DNA of 60,883 bases, the filler included. It is 5 parts of 5 records of this genome, joined end to end, with 100 filler letters (N's around TTAATTAATTAA, not from the genome) between each part and the next. Parts side by side here need not be neighbours in the genome. Positions count along the whole stretch, not along the records: positions 15,052 to 45,280 come from SRR20825019_3027; 4 more parts are not named here. One strand, 5' to 3'. The translations under genes and the position numbers were made by a program. This document shows positions 32,650 to 40,288 of the stretch, one piece after another. Every line of letters starts with the position of its first letter. The stretch's first letter is position 1. The notes under the pieces were generated by a model that saw nothing but the letters and a program-made list of their open reading frames with translations, had not been told where the DNA came from and ran no database searches.

Positions 32650-33780
32650 TTATGCTGGTTGTAGTTGTTTTGTAAAATGAGGGTGTGACCATTCACCATT
32701 ATCCAATATTTTGCAAGCAGAAAGCAAAGTGTCTTCTGGATTTTCAGATTTAGACATATATTTAATAAATGAGAAATAGTTGTTTGAAAGTAATTTGGAA
32801 GCTGCTGCGGGTACTTCGGCAGAAAGGCTTGAGTTTCCAATTATGGTAATTCCGTTATAGTTTATAACTTCTTTGTTTTTTGAAAGTTCACAGTTTCCTC
32901 CTTGTTCTGCAGCAAGATCGATAATAACACTTCCAGGCTGCATCGCATTTACAGAGCGCGTTTCTATGAGTAAAGGTGCTTTTCTTCCAGGAATGTTTGC
33001 GGTACTGATTATAATATTTGCAGATTGTATATGCTTGTGTATTAATTCTTTTTGCTTCTGTTGGTATTCTTCGGTTTGTTCTACAGCATAACCTCCAGCA
33101 TTTGAAGATTCTACATAGCCTTCCACTTCAATAAATGTTGCACCAAGGCTACGTACTTCTTCACCAGCAGATTTTCTAACGTCAAAAACTTCAACTACGG
33201 CACCCAATCTTCTTGCTGTGGCAATGGCTTGCAAACCAGCAACACCAGCACCCAATACTAATATTTTTGCTGGGGTAAGTGTTCCAGCAGCCGTTGTAAA
33301 CATTGGAAAAACTCCATTATAAAACTCAGCCGATTTTAATATGGCACGATAACCTGCCAAAGACGCCATGGACGAAAGTACATCCATAGATTGCGCTAGC
33401 GTAGTTCTTGGTAAAAGGTCTAGGCTAAAAACAGTAGCGCCATGATTTTTGTATGTAGCGAATTTCGAATCATGAAATAGGGGATTGAAAATACCAATGA
33501 AGCAACAATCCCCCTTCATTTCCACTTCGCTAAAAGTATGATTTATGGATACAATGGTATCCGATTTTTTAAATACGCTTTCACGAGGTATGCACGTGGC
33601 TCCCGCTTTTGTGTATTCTTCATCTTCAATTTGAAGCGAGCTGCCCAGCCCAGGTTCAAAAAGCACATTGAGGTTCAACTCTCCTGTAATACGTGCTACC
33701 TCCTTGGGCAACAAACAAACCCGTGGATCATTTGGGGTTTTTAAAATTCCAATTGTCATAGGCTTTGGCTGCTCGCTCAT
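32650..33780 (-). CDS. pntA: NAD(P) transhydrogenase alpha subunit, NAD-binding part (PntAa)
   Basis: AQSMDVLSS, GAGVAGLQA, GGYA, DLAAEQGGNC. Confidence 0.93.
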   Translation of the reverse strand: MSEQPKPMTIGILKTPNDPRVCLLPKEVARITGELNLNVLFEPGLGSSLQIEDEEYTKAGATCIPRESVFKKSDTIVSINHTFSEVEMKGDCCFIGIFNPLFHDSKFATYKNHGATVFSLDLLPRTTLAQSMDVLSSMASLAGYRAILKSAEFYNGVFPMFTTAAGTLTPAKILVLGAGVAGLQAIATARRLGAVVEVFDVRKSAGEEVRSLGATFIEVEGYVESSNAGGYAVEQTEEYQQKQKELIHKHIQSANIIISTANIPGRKAPLLIETRSVNAMQPGSVIIDLAAEQGGNCELSKNKEVINYNGITIIGNSSLSAEVPAAASKLLSNNYFSFIKYMSKSENPEDTLLSACKILDNGEWSHPHFTKQLQPA

Positions 33781-33807
33781 TGTTTTTAAATAAATTATTA
33801 GTTGTAC

Positions 33808-34188
33808 TTATTTGCTAAGAATTGAAAAATATTCTTCTTTAACTTCTCTATACTTTTTTAAATGAAGCATGTATTTTTTTCTGAATTTCTCATGTTCTGT
33901 TATATAAAACATATCACAATCTGCATCTTCACATTCAGTAGCTTTAGGAAGTGCTTCTTTATATTTTAAAAAATCGTTTATAACTCGCGTATTATCTTCA
34001 TTTTCCTTTTTGAGTTTAATACGAATAGTTTCAGATGCTTCTTTTTTATGATCTCCTAAATTCTCAAGATTTAACAAGTTTGTTATTTCTTTATCTATAT
34101 AATAGAGATGCTCAATCCAGCTTTCTAATTCAATTGAATTGTTTTTGAAAGTGATTGTTTCCGGTGAGTCGTGATCGTAAATCTGCAT
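33808..34188 (-). CDS. Hypothetical helical protein with CEDADCD motif
   Basis: 126-aa ORF in operon position; amphipathic helices. Confidence 0.7.
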   Translation of the reverse strand: MQIYDHDSPETITFKNNSIELESWIEHLYYIDKEITNLLNLENLGDHKKEASETIRIKLKKENEDNTRVINDFLKYKEALPKATECEDADCDMFYITEHEKFRKKYMLHLKKYREVKEEYFSILSK

Positions 34189-34216
34189 TATATAACTAAT
34201 TTTCAGGTGATAATTT

Positions 34217-34633
34217 CTATAATAAAACGTCTATATCGATAGGCTTTTCGGCTTGTTTTACACTTGTAATCTGTAATTCTTTAGCACCATTTGGAAAATT
34301 CCATATAACGGAATCTCCTTCTGCATAGCCCATTACGGCAGAACCCATTGGCGCTAAAATGGAAATTTTGTTGGCCGAAATATCACGGTCTGTTGGAATT
34401 ACCAATTGAAATTGGGTTTCCCAAGTCCCAGATTTTACTGTAACAAGGCTGTTGAAGCGAATTACATCTTCAGGCATGCTTTCATTGTCGTAAATAATTG
34501 CGCTGGTAAGCTCACCACTTAATTTTTTTAAAGAATCTTTTGTGTTTTGGTCTTTGTAATAACCAGTTACATTCAAAAGTCGCTTTAGAAAAACATATTC
34601 TTTTTTCTCTAATACTATATTTTCATATTTCAT
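34217..34633 (-). CDS. GreA/GreB-family factor, Rnk-like (short N-terminal coiled coil)
   Basis: MPEDVIRFNS, KISILAPMGSAVMG; 138 aa. Confidence 0.85.
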   Translation of the reverse strand: MKYENIVLEKKEYVFLKRLLNVTGYYKDQNTKDSLKKLSGELTSAIIYDNESMPEDVIRFNSLVTVKSGTWETQFQLVIPTDRDISANKISILAPMGSAVMGYAEGDSVIWNFPNGAKELQITSVKQAEKPIDIDVLL

Positions 34634-34654
34634 CGCTCTTCAATTTTTTAAATA

Positions 34655-34701
34655 TGGTGAAACATCCATTAGTGTATTATTTCACAATAGATGTTTCACC
34701 A
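34655..34701 (-). promoter_or_regulatory. Strong intergenic hairpin between gdh2 and the rnk-like gene
   Basis: Perfect 12-bp inverted repeat TGGTGAAACATC/GATGTTTCACCA with further inner pairing. Confidence 0.65.
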
Positions 34702-34713
34702 ACCCCACATTTA

Positions 34714-36009
34714 TTATGGGAAAATACCTCTTAAAATATATGCTTTTTCAATACGTTCTATGGCGATACTAAAGGCCGCAGTACGCATGTCTACTGAGTT
34801 TTCTTCAGAATAGGTTGTAACCTTTTTAAAGGTAGTGCGAAGTTTTTTCTCTAGTTTTTCAAGGATTTCATCCATTTGCCAAAGCTCTCCGTTACGGTTT
34901 TGAAGCCATTCAAAATAGCTGCCAATTACTCCGCCAGAATTACACATAATGTCTGGAATAATAGTAATACCACGCTCCAACAATATTTTTTCACCTTCCA
35001 CATCTGTAGGGCCATTAGCGCCTTCAGCAATTAATGATGCTTTTACAGAATGAGCGTTGTGTTTTGTAATTTGGTTGCCCAAAGCTGCAGGAATACAGAT
35101 GTCGCAATCTAACGCAAAGAAATCATTGCTTTCTAAAGATGTAGCCTCAGGGAATCCTACAATGCTGCCATTATTCGCTTTTCCGTAGTTAAAAAGATCC
35201 TCAACGGTGATTCCAGAATTGTTTTGAACACTTCCGAAGGCATCTTGAACACCGATCATTTTTGCGCCTTCATTTTCAAGAAAATGTGCAGCCCAATACC
35301 CAACATTTCCAAAACCTTGAACAATAAATGTTTTACCTTTTAGGCTTTGGTTGTTTTTTTCAGCCCAAAACTTAATAGTTAAAAATACACCATAACCAGT
35401 TGCGCGGTCACGACCTTCTAAACCACCACTACCTACAGGTTTTCCTGTAACTACGTGTTGGTTTTTAGAACGTTCACTCGTATTTTTAGTACTCATATAC
35501 GTATCTGCAATCCACGCCATTGTTTGGTCGTTTGTGTTTACGTCTGGTGCGGGAATATCATGTTCAGGACCAATATTTTCACCTAAAGCATAGGTGAATC
35601 TACGTGTAATTCGTTCTAATTCACTTTTAGAATACTTCGAAGGATCTATCTGAATTCCTCCTTTAGCACCGCCATAGGGTAAACCTGCTAATGATGTTTT
35701 CCATGTCATCCACATTGCTAAAGCACGTGCAGCGTCAATATCTACAGTTGGGTGATAGCGAAGACCTCCTTTATATGGGCCTAATGCATTGTTGTGTTGT
35801 ACTCTATATCCAGTAAATATTTGTACATCACCATTGTCCATACGAACCGGAAAATTGATGATTATCTCTGTATTAGTAATACTTAGAATTTTGCGAACGT
35901 TTGGGTTTAGCTTTATTTGGTCGGCAGCTGTATTAAACTGTTCCAACACATTTTCCAACATTCCTTTTTTTACAGTTATTGGTTTTTCCACTGTTTGTTC
36001 ATTTGTCAT
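34714..36009 (-). CDS. Second Glu/Leu/Phe/Val dehydrogenase (probably NAD-type glutamate dehydrogenase)
   Basis: [37 protein letters not shown]. Confidence 0.92.
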   Translation of the reverse strand: MTNEQTVEKPITVKKGMLENVLEQFNTAADQIKLNPNVRKILSITNTEIIINFPVRMDNGDVQIFTGYRVQHNNALGPYKGGLRYHPTVDIDAARALAMWMTWKTSLAGLPYGGAKGGIQIDPSKYSKSELERITRRFTYALGENIGPEHDIPAPDVNTNDQTMAWIADTYMSTKNTSERSKNQHVVTGKPVGSGGLEGRDRATGYGVFLTIKFWAEKNNQSLKGKTFIVQGFGNVGYWAAHFLENEGAKMIGVQDAFGSVQNNSGITVEDLFNYGKANNGSIVGFPEATSLESNDFFALDCDICIPAALGNQITKHNAHSVKASLIAEGANGPTDVEGEKILLERGITIIPDIMCNSGGVIGSYFEWLQNRNGELWQMDEILEKLEKKLRTTFKKVTTYSEENSVDMRTAAFSIAIERIEKAYILRGIFP

Positions 36010-36021
36010 TTTAATATTTTT

Positions 36022-36195
36022 TTAAATTGTAACCAATTCTGGCTCGCTTTTTTTGATTTTCACAATAGGTTTTGGTGCTTGGTACTGTGATTCATCAAAT
36101 TCACTACATGAAAATACCAAGCTTTTATTGTGCGTTAACACACAAAAAGATTCGTACGCACATTTAGGACAAAGGTTTAAAGAATTAGCATTCAT
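36022..36195 (-). CDS. Unannotated 57-aa cysteine-rich small protein (C-x2-C-x5-C-x11-C)
   Basis: Hand translation MNANSLNLCPKCAYESFCVLTHNKSLVFSCSEFDESQYQAPKPIVKIKKSEPELVTI; fills the gap between the sigma54 promoter and gdh2, ending 12 nt before it. Confidence 0.7.
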   Translation of the reverse strand: MNANSLNLCPKCAYESFCVLTHNKSLVFSCSEFDESQYQAPKPIVKIKKSEPELVTI

Positions 36196-36223
36196 AGATA
36201 CTTTTTGTTTGCTATTCCTATTG

Positions 36224-36238
36224 GCAAGCTGTGTGCCA
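36224..36238 (-). promoter_or_regulatory. Sigma54 (-24/-12) promoter
   Basis: Minus strand TGGCAC-ACAGC-TTGC, exact TGGCAC-N5-TTGC spacing, next to a GAFTGA activator gene. Confidence 0.85.
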
Positions 36239-36326
36239 TTAGCGCTTTTCTAGTTTAAACTATTAATTAAGCAACTGAAATAAAGAGATTTAAGTGTTTT
36301 TAGGGGATTTTTAAGACATAGTTTAT

Positions 36327-36365
36327 GTGGGGAAATTCGCACCGCGTTGGGGTAAAATTCCCCAA
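36327..36365. promoter_or_regulatory. Paired palindromic upstream activator sites
   Basis: GTGGGGAAATTCGCAC and TTGGGGTAAAATTCCCCAA: GC-rich dyads in AT-rich DNA, about 90-125 bp upstream of the -24 element. Confidence 0.7.
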
Positions 36366-36418
36366 TAACGCTATTCTAAACTATTTAATTTAGAATATAA
36401 TTTATAGAAATATAAAAA

Positions 36419-37735
36419 CTACTTTTTGAATTTACTGCGAAGTGTTTTGCGGTCAATTTTTAGAATTTCTGCAGCTTTTGTTTGATTGTTATCTGTTGCA
36501 GCCAATACTTTTTCAATATACTTTTTTTCAATTTCCTTTAAAGAAAGCATATCGTCCTCTGGAAAATCTATTTGATATTTTAAACTTTCAGGCAAATCTT
36601 TGATGCCAATAGTTCTATCACACATAATTACGGCACGCTGAATTACATTTTCTAACTCACGAATATTTCCAGGCCAATTATACCGTTGCATCAGCGTTTT
36701 TGCTTCCGAATCAATTGTTATATAGCGATCTTTGTATTCGTTTCCGTATTTTAGAAGAAATTTATCCGCCAATAATGGAATATCTTCCTTGCGTTCGCGA
36801 AGTGGTGGAACATTAATTTCAACAACCGTTAATCGGTAAAAAAGATCTTCACGAAAGGTTTCCTTTGCAATCATTTCTTTTAAATTGCTATTGGTAGCCG
36901 CGATAACACGTGCGTCTATTTTTTCACTAGTACGAGCACCTACTTTTACAATTTCTTTTTCTTGTAAAACTCTTAAAAGTCTAGATTGTACTGCAAGTGA
37001 AGCGTTGCCTATTTCATCAAGAAAAATTGTACCACCTTCAGCGGCTTGAAAAAACCCTTCACGATTGTCGTTTGCTCCTGTAAAAGCACCTTTTATATAC
37101 CCAAATAGTTCAGATTCTAACAGGTTTTCTGGAATTCCACCACAATTAACTGCTATGAATGGCGCGCGAGAAAACTTTCCGTTATAATGAATGGAGCGTG
37201 CAACGAGCTCTTTACCGGTACCGCTTTCACCACTTATATAAATTGTTGCTTTGTTATCTTTTACACGATCAATAATTTGGGTTACATTTTTTATAGCTTC
37301 ACTTTCACCAATTATTTCGTTGTATTTTTTAGTCTGCTTGCTTTCAGAAGAAGTTTTTTTATTCTTTTCTGGCGGAAGCGATTTTAGCACACTTTTTTTT
37401 AATTCTTCTTTTGTAAAAGGTTTTACCAAATAATCTACAGCGCCAAATTTAATTACAGATAGTTCATCCTGTATAGACGGGTAACCCGTAACCACAAGTT
37501 TTGGTAAAGTAGGATAATGTTCTGCGGCAAATTTTATAAGTTGAAAACCATCAACTTCAGGCATTTTTAGGTCTGTAATAAGCAAATCGATGTCAGTATC
37601 ACGCAGAATGACGATGGCTTCTTTTACTGAAACGGCTTTGTATGTATGGTAATTTAATGATTGCAAATGACGCTGGATAAGCTCCAGAATATTGATGTCG
37701 TCATCTACAATTAATATGTTTTCCTTTTGCAGCAT
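36419..37735 (-). CDS. Sigma54-dependent response regulator (NtrC/AtoC family)
   Basis: Receiver domain (VDDD, TDLKMP), GESGTGKE, GAFTGA, WPGNIREL, Fis-type HTH. Confidence 0.95.
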   Translation of the reverse strand: MLQKENILIVDDDINILELIQRHLQSLNYHTYKAVSVKEAIVILRDTDIDLLITDLKMPEVDGFQLIKFAAEHYPTLPKLVVTGYPSIQDELSVIKFGAVDYLVKPFTKEELKKSVLKSLPPEKNKKTSSESKQTKKYNEIIGESEAIKNVTQIIDRVKDNKATIYISGESGTGKELVARSIHYNGKFSRAPFIAVNCGGIPENLLESELFGYIKGAFTGANDNREGFFQAAEGGTIFLDEIGNASLAVQSRLLRVLQEKEIVKVGARTSEKIDARVIAATNSNLKEMIAKETFREDLFYRLTVVEINVPPLRERKEDIPLLADKFLLKYGNEYKDRYITIDSEAKTLMQRYNWPGNIRELENVIQRAVIMCDRTIGIKDLPESLKYQIDFPEDDMLSLKEIEKKYIEKVLAATDNNQTKAAEILKIDRKTLRSKFKK

Positions 37736-37740
37736 TGTTG

Positions 37741-38829
37741 TTATTGTTTCGGAAAAGTAATAATAAATAATGCACCTGTTGGGTTATTAGCTTGATAATC
37801 TATGGTGCCTTGATGGCTTTTTATAATTCCATGAACCACGCTTAACCCTAAACCAGAGCCATCACCCACGGTTTTTGTTGTAAAAAATGGCTGAAATATT
37901 TTCTGAACATTTTCTGGTTCAATGCCAGACCCTTCATCAGAAATTTTAAGAATTATTTTTTTTGAAGTTTCTTCCAAAGTTATTTCAATCAAGCCATTTT
38001 TAGGTGAAAAATAAATGGCGTTTAGCACCAAATTAAAGATTACTTGGGTAAGCTGAATGGTGTCAGCTTTTAGTAAAACTTCTCCTTTTGGGAATTTAGT
38101 TTTATAATTTAATTCATTTTTTTTGAAAGTTGCATCTAGAAGATTTATGGCATCTTTTATTACGGGAACAATGTCGGTTTTTATGAAATTTTGCGGCATT
38201 TCACAAGCAAAGAACATTAGTTTTTTTACTACTTCACGCGAAAAAATAGCACTGTTTATAATTTTATCGAGATCTTTATTAGCTTGAATGCTGTTTGGCT
38301 CTTTGCCTTTAAGGAGTTCTGCAAAGCCTAAAATATTTGCAAGAGGTGTGTTGAGTTCGTGTGCTATTCCTGCAGTAATTTCCCCCAAAATACTTAAGCG
38401 GTCTGCGTGTTCCATTTTTCGTTTTATAACGGCCTCGTTTTCTCTAATGGCAACACGTTCTAATAAATCGCCTACATTGATGGCAACGTTTTTTAGCAAT
38501 TTTTTTTCCTCTTTTAAAAAATCTTTTTTCTCAAATTTATCTGTGGAATAGTGAACTTTTATATATCCTTTTGGCTCATTGAAAATAGTAATCTTACTTT
38601 CAATAAACACACTTTTATGTGGTAAAGCTGAAGTAATAAGATGAAATTTCTCAGCCTTGATTTCTACTATAGTGTTTTTACTATACTGAAAAGACTTGCG
38701 TAAACTAAGTGCGATGGAGTAAAGCGTTTTATCTACTTCTTTATAATCGTTATTTACTATTATAGAAGAAACTTCGTATAGACAGGTAAGTTCTTTAATG
38801 CGTTCTTTAAGGTTTTTCTCTATAGTCAT
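37741..38829 (-). CDS. Cytoplasmic sensor histidine kinase
   Basis: AHELNTPL H-box, N/G/F boxes (FQPFFTTK, GSGLGL); no TM segment; N-terminal LKERIKELTCLY. Confidence 0.92.
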   Translation of the reverse strand: MTIEKNLKERIKELTCLYEVSSIIVNNDYKEVDKTLYSIALSLRKSFQYSKNTIVEIKAEKFHLITSALPHKSVFIESKITIFNEPKGYIKVHYSTDKFEKKDFLKEEKKLLKNVAINVGDLLERVAIRENEAVIKRKMEHADRLSILGEITAGIAHELNTPLANILGFAELLKGKEPNSIQANKDLDKIINSAIFSREVVKKLMFFACEMPQNFIKTDIVPVIKDAINLLDATFKKNELNYKTKFPKGEVLLKADTIQLTQVIFNLVLNAIYFSPKNGLIEITLEETSKKIILKISDEGSGIEPENVQKIFQPFFTTKTVGDGSGLGLSVVHGIIKSHQGTIDYQANNPTGALFIITFPKQ

Positions 38830-38849
38830 AAAAGCACTTCAAATTTTTT

Positions 38850-38857
38850 CAAAGGTA
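38850..38857 (-). promoter_or_regulatory. Bacteroidetes -7 promoter element for the two-component pair
   Basis: TACCTTTG 20 nt before the kinase start. Confidence 0.55.
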
Positions 38858-38954
38858 TTAATTAAAACTATCTCCGTCTAAAAACTTAAATAGTCCATTA
38901 ATCAAGGTGTAAAATGTTTTATATAGCAGTAAATAAATAAAAACGAAATGAGAA

Positions 38955-39308
38955 TTATTTTAGGTCTTTTTTCACCAACAGATAGAAATCATTATCCAGC
39001 GGTAAGTAACCTTGATCGTATAAATAAAAGTATGTTGCGCCAGATTTTGTGGTGTAAATCCCAGTAAAAAAATCAAAATTAAAACCCATTCGTAGCAGTT
39101 TATCTTTGGTGGTTTTGGTTTTGTCTTCGGGATTTAAAGTTTCAAGTATGCGATAGTTTTTTCGAAGCCTATTATTAATATTTCGAACCAGATTTTTGTT
39201 GTCCTTGTTCAACGAATTATTATGTGCGTTTCGACATGCATCACTACAGAATTTTTTGTCAATTCGCCCAATTAATTTATCGCCACATTCCGGACAAGTT
39301 CTTTCCAT
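38955..39308 (-). CDS. Zinc-ribbon hypothetical protein (DUF2116-like)
   Basis: CPECG...GRIDKKFCSDACR. Confidence 0.75.
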   Translation of the reverse strand: MERTCPECGDKLIGRIDKKFCSDACRNAHNNSLNKDNKNLVRNINNRLRKNYRILETLNPEDKTKTTKDKLLRMGFNFDFFTGIYTTKSGATYFYLYDQGYLPLDNDFYLLVKKDLK

Positions 39309-39368
39309 ATTTTAAAGATAGAATTTTTTTCCGAAAGGATAAAGTGCAAAAAAGAAGCAGTAGTATTG

Positions 39369-40277
39369 CTAGTTATCTTTTTCAGCTTCTTTTATATGAA
39401 ACCTATAAATAGCTTCAAATTTTAAAAATACACCCCCATTAAGTGCTGGGTTCAATTGAGTGCGATTGTCTCCAAAACTAAAGGCTGAAACTCCCAAATC
39501 CTGTTTATCGCCTGCGGCATACATTTCATAATTATTGCTGGAATACCCTAATTTTGCTCGTAATAAAACACTTTCTTCCAAGGCATTAAACTGTACATAG
39601 CTGGCAAACTCTAAAGAGCTGAGGTCTGCGTATAGTTTCGGGCTGTTTTTATACTGAACAGTATAGCTACGCCCAATTCCAAAATAATCTATCCCAATTG
39701 TTGTAATGCCCAATTTATAGCTTACATCTGCAGAAATAGGCAAGCTCATATCCATTTCAAACTTTTTATTAGGACTCATATAATACCAGCCTAAAATGGG
39801 TGTTGTAAAAAGTCCGAATGCTTCTTGAGATGCGTAAATACCAAAGCGGTATTTAAGATTTTCACTTTTTTTCAGTTTTAAAACCGCAAAACCACCCAAA
39901 TAAAAATCATCACTTGAAATGTTGTTATAATCGGATGCAATTTTGGGTAATAAAACAATAGTTGTGCTCCACTTTTCAGACCAAGTTGAAGCCATTCCTA
40001 GTTTTATGTTTGTGCTGTAAAGACTAACAAATTCGGTATCTGGAAAAAGCTGAAGGTTATTTCTACTGAAATCTGCACCTGTTATTAATGCATGCTTTTC
40101 GTTCAAAACAATAGGAAAAGTAAGTCCCGCTTCAAAAGATTTTACATAGGTACTGCTGTGTACACCTTCAAAATTATTATTGAAGGTTTGTCCATAACCA
40201 AGGCGAAAAATATCTACATACTCTTGTGAAAAAGTTATCCACGGAATGAATAAAAGTAAGAATATGATTTTTTTCAA
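39369..40277 (-). CDS. Outer-membrane beta-barrel protein (DUF6268-like)
   Basis: Signal peptide, aromatic-rich strands, LLPKIASD and terminal IYRF. Confidence 0.65.
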   Translation of the reverse strand: MKKIIFLLLFIPWITFSQEYVDIFRLGYGQTFNNNFEGVHSSTYVKSFEAGLTFPIVLNEKHALITGADFSRNNLQLFPDTEFVSLYSTNIKLGMASTWSEKWSTTIVLLPKIASDYNNISSDDFYLGGFAVLKLKKSENLKYRFGIYASQEAFGLFTTPILGWYYMSPNKKFEMDMSLPISADVSYKLGITTIGIDYFGIGRSYTVQYKNSPKLYADLSSLEFASYVQFNALEESVLLRAKLGYSSNNYEMYAAGDKQDLGVSAFSFGDNRTQLNPALNGGVFLKFEAIYRFHIKEAEKDN

Positions 40278-40288
40278 ATTACAATTTT

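Noticed and set aside
36053-36253. 66-aa plus-strand ORF in the gdh2 upstream region
   Set aside because: Antisense to the better-supported Cys4 ORF and runs through the sigma54 promoter
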